This document shows, piece by piece, positions 1-11,915 of a DNA stretch of 64,000 nucleotides. The notes under the pieces were generated by a model. It ran no database searches. It saw only the letters and a list, made by a program, of their open reading frames with translations, and was not told where the DNA came from. Location of the stretch: the NCBI RefSeq assembly GCF_006345805.1, contig NC_043005.1, positions 65,348,001 through 65,412,000 on the forward strand, written 5' to 3'. The stretch's first letter is position 1. Each line of letters starts with the position of its first letter. The stretch comes from Octopus sinensis (taxonomy: Eukaryota). The translations under genes were made by a program, and so were the position numbers.

Positions 1-90
1 GACACTTGCCCAAGGTGCCACGCAGTGGGACTGAACCCGGAACCATGTGGTTGGTACCCAAGCTACTTACGACACAACCACTCCTGCACC
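1..90 (-). mobile_element. tRNA-derived SINE family A, 5' head fragment
   Basis: Reverse complement matches the head of the full copy at 54021-54436 (gtggctgt..ggtaag..cttgcttaccaaccacatggttccgggttcagtcccactgcgtggca). Confidence 0.8.
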
Positions 91-535
91 TTATATATAT
101 GATCAAACAGACTACAGTGAGGTACGTGTAAAAATTGATACAATAGGTACAGTGAACCTGTCGTGAAGATTGGGAAATCTACCGTATTGAATATAGTCCT
201 TCAGAGAACTTTATAAATTGCAACCAGTGTTTTTAACTCAGAGGATCTCCACTGTCACTCATCAAATTTTCTCCTTTCAGCTTTTCCCCTCAAGGACTGT
301 CCGAAACGTTGGATTTTCGACTCCTTAGAGCAAATTCATTCTACTCTTTTTATCGATTTCACTGTACACACACACACACACACATTTTTTTATTTTTTTA
401 TTTTTTATTTTATTTAGTTTCAGCTCACAAGCTGTGGCCATGCTGGGGCACCGCCATATATATATATAATTATAATTTTTTTTTAGAAAAGCATAGAAAG
501 CATGGAATTGCTTGAGTCAAACCCGAGACGCTAGA

Positions 536-1001
536 CAAGTACAAGAAAGACAGAGAAGTCCAGTTCAAGGAGACTACGATTGGTTTATACATATACGAAT
601 TTAATGTGATAGAATTGTCTAAAACATATATTAATACATTACATTCAGAATATAAAGATATAGAAATGTAGAAATATATATGAATGTTAGAAATATGCAA
701 GGACAAATAAATATATAGATATATAAATATAATAGAGTATAGATAAAAATATAGATAAGAATAATGAAATAGAGCAAGAAATTTCTTCAAAAAATTCAAA
801 ATATATTATAGAATGGAGTATATATATATATTTGTCCTTGCATATTTCTAACATTCATATATATTTCTATATTTCTATATCTTTATATTCTGAATGTATT
901 AATATGTTTTAGACAATTCTATCATATTAAATCCGTATATACATATATATACACCAATCGATGTCTGCCTGAGTTGAACTTCTCAGTATCTCTTGTATTT
1001 G
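536..1001. repeat. Imperfect inverted repeat / MITE-like palindrome (arms ~536-717 and ~822-1001)
   Basis: gaatgttagaaatatgcaaggacaaata is mirrored by tatttgtccttgcatatttctaacattc; gatagaattgtctaaaacata by tatgttttagacaattctatc. Confidence 0.75.
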
Positions 1002-1017
1002 TGTGTATGACCGCGTG

Positions 1018-1208
1018 TGTATCGTTGGCGATTTTTTCCTCCCTTTTCCTTTCCTTGGATCTTTCCTTTTCCTATGTTTCTGACGAAGAGCTCCGCTCGG
1101 AACGTTAAATCCTCCTTCTTTCTTTCCTTCCCTGAGCGTCCAATAACACTATACTTGTTCCACGTTCTCGCGTTGTTGTGGTTTCTCTTTGTGTTTTCAT
1201 GTTTGGAT

Positions 1209-1212
<4 letters not shown>
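1018..1212 (+). mobile_element. Penelope-like (PLE) tail family F with degenerate minimal hammerhead (GAAA changed to GGAA)
   Basis: Homologous to 49848-50041 and 19850-19968; contains CTGACGA-A-GAGC-TCC-GCTC-GGAACGTT at 1080-1106 and ends in tttggattaac(TA)n. Confidence 0.6.
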
Positions 1213-1268
<56 letters not shown>

Positions 1269-1899
1269 CATACATACATACATACATACATACATACATA
1301 CATACATACATACATACATACATACGTCTTTCACCCCTTCCTTTGTCATTATATAGTCTGTCCTTTATAAACTCCCCGATAAAGGTTTCGTATTTTTCTG
1401 TATCTCTCTGAACCCCTGTGATTAAACAATGAAAAGACTGTGTTGGCTGAAAGGTCGAGCATGTGTGACAAACGCCTACAGTGTGGCTGTTATCAATTAC
1501 CACCTGAGTATCCTGCATTGTCCCTGTTCGGGTGTGGCAAGAGTGGAGCGTCTGGTCTTTCGCTTTTCGGGTAAAGGTGGCGTACCACTGCCCAGGCGTT
1601 TCATTAGAACACTTGTCTTCTAATATGAGATATGTTATAACTTGTTAATATTGGTATTCAGTGATAGGAGGTAAGGAAGAGACGACTTGGTTTTCATTTA
1701 CTACCAACACTCCTAAAAACATACATTAATATCACGTTGTTATCGTCTCTGTCTCCAACAATTTGTGTACATGTGATTAACTAAAAGTCTATAATTATGA
1801 TAAGCGTTATGTCCGCCTCTCAAACGAAATAATTTATTTTACTTTCTGTATTCAACTTTTCACAGATAATTTCCAATAATTATGGTTCGTGCAACAGAA

Positions 1900-2330
1900 A
1901 AAAAAAACATGAAAATCCCGATAAGAGATATTTCCTTTGGGCCTGACACTAATAAAAGTGTTATTCTTTCCAACTATTTATCCTTAAAATGTCCAGTTTT
2001 AGATAAGTTCCTGATTTACCCTTTCATTAGATTTTCAAATAATCTATCATAATGAAATTGAATCCTACACAGCTGATACTTCAGAAAACTGCTACAGATC
2101 TGATCGGCTAAAATTGTCCGTAATCAATTATTTAATGTTTACTGATTTATAGCTAGTGGGGGTTTTTTCTGCTTATTTTCATGAAGTTGTTATGATAACT
2201 GTAGTTAAAAGTAGTGTTTATGACGTTACATGACTTAGTAACCCCAGATAAAACACCAGTCAATTACCGATTTAACCTATAAGTGTATTTCAACTCAACA
2301 CAGAAGTCGAAACATTTGTCAATTATACTG
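1900..2330 (+). pseudogene. Decayed Penelope-like GIY-YIG endonuclease C-terminus plus 3' tail
   Basis: Manual translation with frameshifts gives SFGPDTNKSVILSNYLSLK and SYTADTSENCYRSDRLKLSVINY, resembling the PLE motifs ST.LS.YIW.LK and Y....K.C.LC..EKL.IINY. An HHR 3'-half-like gtcGAAACATTTGTC lies near 2307-2321. Confidence 0.35.
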
Positions 2331-2565
2331 CAATTGTACTATTTACATGTCTGTTTTCATTGTAATATTACCTGTATGAATGGACTGTGTCAGTGAGAGT
2401 TGAGTTTCTTACAAGAGGCACGAGGTAGCTTTGCTGCTGGATACATACATTTGGTACATTGACCACCGCTATTAACCTAGACGTTGAATCTATGCGTAGA
2501 ATCTATATGACCAATGTATAGTCGATTGAGTACATTAATGGTGCTAAGTTTATTGAGAAAAAAAA

Positions 2566-2712
2566 GGCGAGAAGCTGGCTGAATTGTTAGGGTTGTCGGT
2601 AAAAAATGTTTTGCTGTATTTGAAATCTCGCCGAAGTCGCATTTGCCTTTCATCCTTTCGGAACCAACAAAATGAACACCATTCAGGTACTGGAGTCGAT
2701 GTAATTGACTTA
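2566..2712 (+). mobile_element. SINE family B, diverged
   Basis: Similar to 28784-29020 (gagctggc.gaat.gttag...ttgcctttcatcctttcgg...ggagtcgatgtaat.gactta). Confidence 0.7.
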
Positions 2713-2834
2713 GCACATGCCTTTCGGAATTGCTATCTTGATTTAAAATTAGAAAGAATTTTATCGATAAAACGTCAGATTTGCAATCAAAAACAACTAG
2801 GGAGTGAATGATACCTTGACTCTGATAATGTGAA

Positions 2835-3045
2835 GCTTCGTGGCTTTGTGATTGGTGTATTCTACTCGCGATCGTAAGGATGTGAATTCGATTCCCAGTT
2901 TGCGTTGTGACCTTCAGCAAGACATTTTACGTTGTTCCAGTTCATCAACTGACAAAAACGAGTTGTGCCTGTATCATTCTGAATCTGCCTGTAATTTCAC
3001 GAGCAGGCTGTTCTGTTGATCGGATCAACCAGAACATTTATCCTT
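2835..3045 (+). mobile_element. tRNA-derived SINE family C, diverged
   Basis: gatcgtaaggatgtgaattcgattccc...tttcacgagcaggctgttctgttgatcggatc matches 11640-11915. Confidence 0.7.
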
Positions 3046-3534
3046 GTACTATGTGGAGGGAAATTTTTTCTTCTCTTTCCCCATATTTTTGTTCACAGTT
3101 GTCTTTACTTTGGTTGTCTTTTGTGATGGCGGTGGTAGTAATGATACTGTTGTCCCACTTCATTTTTCTTTTATGTGTTTGTTGGTGTTAATGGTGGTGA
3201 TGTTGATGATGTTATTGTTGTTCTTGCTGCTGCTGCTGAAGCTGCTGCTAATGCTGTCACTAACGTTTACGATTTGGTTGTTCTGTTGTGCAGATGACCG
3301 GATGTCTTCTCAGTGGACGAATAGTTATCGTCCGCCATCTCTCTTTTTTCAGTCCCTAAGGGCTACAAATGAAGAAAAAACTAACCAGCCCCCAAACGCC
3401 CTGGTTAGTTTATCTAATTAGCGGTGACAAGTGTACAATACATAAGAATACATATAACAACAAACTTACGAGATCGATGCGAAATACACGTCGATAAACG
3501 AACAATAACAATAATAATCCGTTCTATTATAGGC

Positions 3535-3725
3535 GCAAGGACAGAAATTTGGTGGGAGCAGACCAGTCGATTACATCGACTCCAGTACTCAACTGGTACT
3601 TATTTCATCGACTCCCGCAGGATGAAAGGCAATGTCGACCTCGGCGAAATTTGAACTCAGAACGTGAAAATGGACGAAATATCGTTATTTCGTCCAGTGC
3701 GCTAACGATTCTGTCAGCTCGTTGC
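3535..3725 (-). mobile_element. SINE family B
   Basis: gtcgattacatcgactccagt...gatgaaaggcaatgtcgacctcggcgaaatttgaactcagaacgt is the reverse complement of the family B consensus. Confidence 0.8.
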
Positions 3726-3726
3726 T

Positions 3727-3780
<54 letters not shown>

Positions 3781-3843
3781 TAAAATAAAATAATAATAAT
3801 AACAATAATAATAATAATAATAGTAATAATAATAATAATAATA

Positions 3844-4431
3844 ATATATTCACAGACATGACAGAGTTGGAACCTACATACATTGGAAGCTATGCCAACA
3901 TTATGGAATAACAACAGAAAAAAGATGTATAGGCACACACAGAAAAGGTCACAGAAAACGAGAAAGCAACCATACTCTGGGATATGCCGATACACACAGA
4001 TAGAGAAATTAAGGCCAACAGACCAGATATAGTTGTCAGAGATCATGAAGAAAAAAATGGCTTTCTAATTGATGTATCAATACCGGCAGATGACAACGTG
4101 TCTCTAAAAGAAATGGAGAAACTCTCAAAATACAAAGACCTGGAAATAGAGGTAACTAGAATGTGGAATCTGAAAACAGAAACAATTCATATCATAGTAG
4201 GTGCATTAGGCATGATAAAAAAATATTCAGACAAATACATAACAAAAACACCAGGACTTACAAACACATATAACATACAGAAAATTGCACTACAAGGCAC
4301 TGCACACATCCTACGCAGAACACTTTCCATACAATAACCATCAGAGCATCACAACAAATCACAGCACGTACCCAAGGCACACAGAGCTGCGCTCGGTAGT
4401 GAAGTGAAAGCACGCTATAAAAATAAAACTA

Positions 4432-4440
<9 letters not shown>
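3844..4440 (+). mobile_element. R4/Dong-clade non-LTR retrotransposon, 5'-truncated 3' end (RLE domain + 3'UTR) in (TAA)n
   Basis: ORF 3984-4337 RPDIVVRD..FLIDVSIPADDNVSLKEMEKLSKYKDL is a PD-(D/E)xK restriction-like endonuclease. (TAA)n on both flanks; near-identical to ~40605-41200. Confidence 0.88.
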
Positions 4441-4512
<72 letters not shown>

Positions 4513-4656
4513 TGCGGTGCCCCAGCATGGCCACAGCTCATAAGCTGAAACTAGAATCAATCAATCAAAATCCTTTCTGCTAGAGACACAAGACTTCAGA
4601 TATGTGGGGATGGGACTAGTCGATTACATCGGCCCCAGTGTTTCATTCGTACATAA

Positions 4657-4659
<3 letters not shown>

Positions 4660-4703
<44 letters not shown>

Positions 4704-4790
4704 CGATGAAGACGATGACGATGACGATGACGATGATGATGATGACGATGACGATGATGATGATGTGGTGGTGGTGGTGGTGGTGGTGGT
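4660..4790. repeat. (GAT/GAC)n plus (GGT)n microsatellite
   Basis: Direct reading; explains the poly-M/S/T/H spurious ORFs. Confidence 0.95.
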
Positions 4791-5461
4791 TTCGATTTTT
4801 GGCACAAGGCCACCGAGTCCAGGGAAGGAGTTAGTTCGATTTCATTAACCCCAGTAATAATAATGTTTTTCCAGCACAAGTAGCTGGAAACGGTCGATTA
4901 AATTGACCGATACTCGATAGTTAATCGACTCTGAAAATTAAAAGACGTGGTAGTAGAATCTGCAGAATATAAATACTTTAAGCTTCAGCCTTTAGCTGTA
5001 ACGATTCTATCTTTATAATCGGTAAAGAGTAATGATTTTCTTTAACGGCACAAAACATCAGATGTCACCTTTCCTTTGTTTACACAAAGTTAGCATTTAA
5101 ACTATTCACCATATGTCCATAATGAGAGAATTATAATTTCAGTCCGTGAGAAACAAATTGTGATGTTCTAATTGACAATAGTTTTATTTACATTCTCTAT
5201 TGATCGATAAATCAATATTTTTGCGACCATTATACGACCATTATAACAAGTGCATATCATAATAAGGCTGCGATTTTGGCGCCGCCAACTTAAAATACAA
5301 AAATAATGGCCACAGGAAAGAGGACTTCGAAATAAACTCGAAGGTGTGTGAGTGTTAGAAATAAGCTAAAATGAGTGACTGCAGCGGAGATAATGACGAA
5401 CCCACCTCTGTTGATGTATTATACATACAAAGATGTGTCTGTGTGTGTGTGTTGTGTGTGT

Positions 5462-5501
<40 letters not shown>

Positions 5502-5570
5502 ATGTGTGTATGTGTGCGTGTATGTGTACGTGTGTTTGGTTGTTTAGTGAAGTAGAACTCAAGACGTGAG

Positions 5571-5608
<38 letters not shown>

Positions 5609-5801
5609 AACACACGCACTACATATATAAATATATATATATTATATATATATATTATATATATATACACAACTACAAAACAGGTGGTAAAAAACTAGTG
5701 CTCGAATATCAAAGTAATATGCTTTTTATTCAAGTCAAAAAATCTATACAAATTCTTTAGTTACACGATACCGTTCGTTGGCCAGTTGTAATCACACACT
5801 T

Positions 5802-5845
<44 letters not shown>

Positions 5846-5973
5846 GTGTGTGTGTATGTATGTATTTATGTATGTATGTAAGTATGTATGTATGTATGTA
5901 TGTGTAAATATATATAGAGATATATATATATATTGCGCTTTTATATTTGGCTTGCAAGATTCTTTATGTGAAT

Positions 5974-6141
5974 GTTGTGCCTAGGGAGTCATTACGCCAA
6001 TATTAATACTACACGCACTTGTTCAGTTCCTCTCTTTATTAGTGAATTGGTTAGACATATAACCAACTGACTAATAGATTATTTGTTAATCAGTAGTTTA
6101 TTATTACTAATATTCGCGTAATGACTCCTCCTGGCCACAAC
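5974..6141. mobile_element. Small MITE-like element with ~40-bp terminal inverted repeats
   Basis: gttgtgcctagggagtcattacgccaatatta versus taatattcgcgtaatgactcctcctggccacaac; abuts (TA)n. Confidence 0.6.
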
Positions 6142-6161
6142 TATATATATATATATATTAT

Positions 6162-6219
<58 letters not shown>

Positions 6220-6289
6220 ATTATATATATATATATATATAGATATATATATACATATATATATATACTTGTAGGTATGTATGCACATA

Positions 6290-6500
6290 GGCGCAAGCGT
6301 GGCTCTGTGATAAGTAGCTTGCTTACCTACCACATGGATCCGAGTTCAGTCGCACTATGTGGCATCTTGGGGTTTGTATCTTCTACTTTATCCCCAGACC
6401 GACCAAAGATTTCGTAGATGGAAACTGAAAGAACCCCTACGGTACGTGTTTGTGCACCTTTGTACCTGTGTTTGTCCGTCCACTATCGCTTGACAACTGT
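6290..6500 (+). mobile_element. SINE family A, diverged
   Basis: ggcgcaagcgtggctctgtgataagtagcttgcttacc...gaccaaag...gatggaaactgaaagaa. Confidence 0.75.
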
Positions 6501-6964
6501 TATGCATAGAAGTAGAAAAGTTCCAGTGCTATTGGGTAGAACTATGGGTTAGAAAACGAACGGTTATCTGAGTGTCTGGGAAATGGCAATCTAGTGAGTT
6601 GGCGGTGATTCTTGTGTGGATTTATGTTTGTATTACTGTCAGGCAGATATTCTCTTCAACTAGAAATAATTAAACAGATAATCAATTTCAAAGTTTCCGA
6701 GCATCAGTTTTCAAGTGTGCAATTTGTGATCTGGTCATCGATATTAGGTTTCGATTGATGTAATGTGCAATTGCCATTAATTTTCTTTTTTAAGGATGTG
6801 TACTTAGTACCAGATCATATTCGGACTCAGAATCTTTCTTTTGAATTATGAGTAATAATTTTTTTTAATCAATAAGCCCCAAACGCATTTTAAAAGTTCT
6901 TCTCTCGAATTTAGACGGGTTCTGCGTACTGAAAATTAATCAGATCAACAGATATTTATATTGG

Positions 6965-7170
6965 TTTCAAATTTTGGCACAAGGCCAGAAATTTCAGGTG
7001 CGTGGCTAAGTCGATTACATCGACGCTAGAGCCGAACTGGTACTTATTTTATCAAGTCCGAAAGGATGAAAGGAAAAGTCGGCCCTGGTGGAATTTGAAC
7101 TCAGAACGTAAAGCCAGACGAAATACGCTATGCATTTTGCCCGGCGTGCTAACGATTCTGCCAGTTCGCT
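6965..7170 (-). mobile_element. SINE family B
   Basis: ttttggcacaaggccagaaatttc...aagtcgattacatcga...ggaatttgaactcagaacgt...gctaacgattctgccag. Confidence 0.8.
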
Positions 7171-8454
7171 ACCTTCAGATATTAATATTGATAAATGTGT
7201 TTCAATTCTGATGGTTAGGTACGACTTCAGAAATATTATAATATGGTCAACTTATCCCAGATATGTAATCCATAGAAATTCGTTGAATGAATTCTGGTTC
7301 CTTTCAGAGAATTTTCCGATTTTTAACACTTACTTTGCGATTCAACTTGTATTCTTTCTCTTTCTCTTGTATACATTTATCTGGCCATGATAGACATCTG
7401 AAAACATCTAAGTAATAGACGTATTGATGAATTCAGAAAATAGAAACATAGATATAAGGACCTAAACCTCTATTCAGTTTGAACAGGAATTCAACTAAAT
7501 GATCATTGTCAACCAGAAAGCCCTTACACAAGTTTTTCCGAGCATTGTGATCGAACTCGAAACTCTGTGCTTGCGAATCAAACGACTTAACTGCACAGCT
7601 ATACTTTTACGCAGAGAAAATAATATTCATTTTCCCCATTAATATAGAACTTGAAATCTGATAGTGGGAGGGACATTTTCTGAATTTCTGATTCTGAGAT
7701 TTAACTGAAAAGAAGACAAAAACTAGAAGTTACATTCATCTCACCAACAAATTAATCTTTTATTTTATTGCCCTCAAACAGACATATAGAATATTATTAT
7801 CAGATATATAATCTTATAAATCATTATAATACAGAATAAATGCTGTGCTTGGAAAAGTAAACGAAAACATGTTTGCTAGAAAAAATAAGAATAGACTTTT
7901 GATAGAAATCAAAGTTGTTTGAAAAAAGCTGAGATTCAATGAAACTGCCAAACATATGGATTTTTTTTGTCTCTTGCTTCTTTGTTTTAAACACGTGCCA
8001 TTTTATCTTACGAAAACTTTATTAAGATTCTTCCTTTATAACTTCAAATGAATGTCAGAAAATCTGAAATAATTTTAGTGAAGACAAAGAAAAACTCCCA
8101 AATATTACCAAACTATGAAACTATGTTTATTTATTTCAGTAACAATCATTGAAAGAAATCTTAGGTTCATTTCTCCGCTTTCAATGTACGCATTGATAAT
8201 TATAAATATGTGTATATGCATGTATGTGTGTGTGTCTGTATGTGTATGTGTAGTCTGGGTCGACACATATGTTGTACCAAATAAAAGTCTAATACGAAAT
8301 CCATCTCCTATTAATACTAACACTTTAAATGCCACTGCGGAGTTCCTGAAGTACATCCAATAGAGGTGTATCACAACTGCGAATGATAACCGGTAGCCTA
8401 AACTCTACTCAACATTTTAAATACACTAATCGAATTACACTTATTTGTCCAAAT

Positions 8455-8522
<68 letters not shown>

Positions 8523-8532
8523 ATATATATAT

Positions 8533-8577
<45 letters not shown>

Positions 8578-8720
8578 TATATATAACCATCTTATAATTA
8601 AGGGCTAAAGAGGGTTATTCTAAAGCCAATACACTGATTTATCCACTTATAATCCACTTGTTACAGGAAAGTTTTACTGAAATCGGGCAGCTAACCTTTA
8701 GAAAATTTAAATTTCGTTAT

Positions 8721-8780
8721 CTCTATATTGAATCAATTTCGTAATTTATCGTATAAAAGATACATTCTTCGTCAGTAGAG
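8721..8780 (-). ncRNA. Putative type I hammerhead ribozyme (imperfect helix II)
   Basis: Minus strand: CTCTA-CTGACGA-agaatgtatcttttatacgataaattac-GAAA-TTGATTCAA-TA-TAGAG. Helix I is 5 bp perfect, helix III 4-5 bp, cleavage triplet AUA. Confidence 0.5.
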
Positions 8781-8909
8781 CTTACGAGGGAATATAAATA
8801 AAATACTCACATGCGATTATGGAAAAAGCATACGCTAAAAACATAACTACATTTAAGTACATCATTTATATCTAAAAATAAAAACTCCCTGGTCAGTCTC
8901 AGAAATCTA

Positions 8910-8953
8910 TATAGATAGATAGATAGATATTTATATTTATATTTATATATAGA

Positions 8954-9011
<58 letters not shown>

Positions 9012-9035
9012 TATATATATCTATATATATAATAT

Positions 9036-9068
<33 letters not shown>

Positions 9069-9242
9069 GATGTATATATATATATATATATATAATATAT
9101 ATATATATGTATATATAAAAATATATACATAAATATAAATATATAAATATATATATATATAATTATATATATATAAATATAAATATATATATATAAATAT
9201 AAATAATATATAAATATATATAAATATATATAATATATATAA

Positions 9243-9285
<43 letters not shown>

Positions 9286-9294
9286 TATATATAT

Positions 9295-9350
<56 letters not shown>
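8910..9350. repeat. Long (TA)n / (TAGA)n microsatellite
   Basis: Direct reading. Confidence 0.95.
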
Positions 9351-9352
<2 letters not shown>

Positions 9353-9399
9353 GAGAGGCAAAATTATTATCGGGGCAAAATGAATAACCTCTGTGTTTT

Positions 9400-10060
9400 C
9401 ATTATTTTTTCCCTACCTGTTTGAACTTAATTACATTGCAAATATTAAATCATTTTCTACTATTGTATCATCTTTACAAATAAAAATTGGTCACCACAGT
9501 TGTTATCGCTGAAGTTGAAACAATTTGATGCAGAGCCAAGCGGCAGGTACTCTTTTCAAGAATGTTTTCAACTTTGACCCGGTCATAATTGAGGTTGCTC
9601 ATAAAATATTTGAATAAATTTTGGCATTTAATAATTTCCTCTCTTGGCTTGCAAGGTAATTTTTTCCCGCACTAATGTCTAATTTAATAATTATCACTTT
9701 TCAAAAAATTATGCCTAAATTAGGACAAAATGGGCAATGACTAATTTCAGTAATGTCTTCTCCTTTAACTGCAGGGTGCGTAAAATATCGGGTAAAGAGC
9801 CACTCCAGGTCGTCAAGATGCTATAAAGAATATTTTATGTTGAGTTTTTAGATTTAATTGAATTTCGTTAATTTAATATCATGTGCCATTTTTCCAGAAA
9901 CCTTTTTCATTAAACCTAATTTTTAAAACATTTTATTGCATTTCTTATCTTTCTGACTCCTAAGAATAGATATTGATGTGTATGTGTCTTTTTTCAAATG
10001 TAATTGCGGTGAATTAAAGAGGCAACTTTACTTTATCTTCTCTTATTCATTTTTCTCCAG
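9400..10060 (-). pseudogene. Possible L1/Tx1-like ORF2 C-terminal remnant
   Basis: Manual translation includes EDITEISHCPFCP (possible Cys-rich tail); many stops; weak. Confidence 0.2.
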
Positions 10061-10269
10061 CTAAACTTTGTCTTTTAGAATGGTGATAATTTTCTGAAAT
10101 GGTGTTCTGAATATAGCTGTACTTTTAATTAATTTAGAGGTTATTTGGTTAGCTGAGATAGTTTCTCTTAGGAGTGTGTGTGGGGGGGGGTGTATTATGT
10201 ATATGTATATGCGCAGAGACTCAAGAAGTTTTGTCTTTGGTACCCAGGCAAGCATTTTGCCTATCAAGG

Positions 10270-10700
10270 TAAGTTAGACTTAGCCAAAGCGAATGCCAGA
10301 CTGCACTCAGCCGCCCCAATGAAAACAGACGAAGTGGTGCTTCAACCCGTATACCTTAGGAGACGTACTTCCAGGGTTAGGGTAGAAGACATACCACCAG
10401 AAGTGAATGTGGCCTAGCTGGTTGCTGACAAACTGCTGGGCATGAAAGAGAAGGCGGTGGTCTTGCAGGCCACCAGAACGCCCCATAGGAACTGGAAGGG
10501 ACAAACCCTTGAAATGGTGGTACAGGTCGTGGAGGAGGACTTGGAAAAAATGGTAGAGAACATCTCTGTTGGAGAAACAACTTTGACAGAGTGGAGGGAA
10601 GGATTCCGCAGTGTTATAAATGTGACTTGAAGGGCCACATTAGAGCGGAGTGCCCTCCACCACTAGAAAAGGCTAAGGAGAGTGAGAAAGTGGTAGGTAC
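10270..10700 (+). pseudogene. Retroelement gag/ORF1-like remnant with CCHC zinc knuckle
   Basis: ORFs 10178-10417 and 10442-10630 join through an in-frame stop. After a frameshift, 10612-10653 reads CYKCDLKGHIRAEC (CX2CX4HX4C). Confidence 0.7.
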
Positions 10701-10725
10701 TCCACAGCCCATGGAGGAAAACGAT

Positions 10726-10862
10726 ATGGTATCTCTCAGATACCCTAATTTATAGTTTAAATAATTATTACCGTTGTATGGTATTTATTCCCATGCTGGC
10801 CACTAGATAAGATCGATATTTAAATATCGATATTATCCTTATTTTTAAATTTATATCATTCG
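10726..10862 (+). repeat. Hairpin-rich dispersed repeat family E fragment
   Basis: ggtatctctcagataccctaatttat...cccatgctggccac..atcgatatttaaatatcgat. Other fragments at 11160-11240, 46925-47005 and 48717-49030. Confidence 0.6.
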
Positions 10863-11242
10863 TCAATGTATTCACTGCGGTGTTTATTTTGACCATATCG
10901 CGCTTGGAGATGTTTGACGGGCAATTTAAGTTAGTCTTGTACATACGTGCATATATATGTATGTATGGGCGTTCGTATATGTAAGTATAACGTATGTTCT
11001 GTATGTATATGCATCTGCATTTATGTGCTTTCTGGTATATTCAACTGAAGAAAGCAGAGCTTCTCTGAAGCAAAGTCAGAAATCAAGGATCTTGAATTAT
11101 CCAGTAAGATCTTTTTTTGTGCTAGTTTATTTTGTCTTTCTGCCTTCTCTCCTGCCGTGATATGAACTTTCAAGGTGGTTTTAGGGTCAGGGCTTTGACT
11201 GCTATTTCAGCATGGTGGTATCTCTCAGATACCCTAATTTAT

Positions 11243-11291
<49 letters not shown>

Positions 11292-11639
11292 TATGTATGT
11301 ATGTACGTATGTATGTATGTATGTATTTATGCGTGTGTGAGTTTTTGTGTCTGTGTTTGTCCTCCACCACTAATTGACAACCGATGTTGGCGCGTTTACG
11401 TCCCCGTAACTTATCGGGACCTAACAGTAAAGGACGGAGAGTAGTATGGAATATGGACTCAGAGAAACGTGTTGCTTTCACAGTAAGCTCCTCCCTCGGA
11501 ATCTTCTATCAATCGCGTAATGGAAGTCATATGGATAAATAAATCTATCTTCAACACACGCACACACATACACTTCCACATCCCTCCATTCTTACTCTGT
11601 TCTCTGCATGTTTACCCTACACTATCCACAACTCTAGTG

Positions 11640-11915
11640 AAGGCGCGTGGCTTAGTGGTTAGGGCATTCGGCTCATGATCGTAAGGTTGTGAGTTCGATT
11701 CCCGGCGGCGCGTTGTGTCCTTGAGCAAGACACTTTATTTCACGTTGCTCCAGTCCACTCAGCTGGCAAACTCTCTGTGTCACGCTGATTATCCCCGAGA
11801 ACTACGTTAAGGGTACACGTGTCTGTGGAATGCTCAGCCATTTGCACGTTAATTTCACGAGCAAGCTGTTCCGTTGATCGTATCAGCTGGGACCCTCGTC
11901 GTCGTAACCGGCGGA
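11640..11915 (+). mobile_element. tRNA-derived SINE family C
   Basis: Pol III A box TGGCTTAGTGG and B box GAGTTCGATTC in a tRNA-like head, followed by a non-tRNA body (no tRNA 3' stem). Confidence 0.85.

Noticed and set aside
284-312. cctcaaggactgtccGAAACGTTgg, an HHR 3' half
   Set aside because: The CUGANGA core is absent and the helix II loop is 1 nt; at most a dead PLE tail relic.
1340-1623. ORF 1429-1623 as a possible PLE endonuclease tail
   Set aside because: Only a vague ERLVFRF resemblance; not supportable without a search.
11044-11082. CTGAAGA...gaagcaaagtc HHR-like string
   Set aside because: GAAA is not intact and helices I and III are unconvincing.
11641-11712. tRNA-like sequence with A/B boxes and a CAT-like anticodon loop (also 22205 and 24800-24870)
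   Set aside because: No acceptor-stem closure; it runs straight into a SINE body present in several copies, so it is a SINE head and not a tRNA gene.
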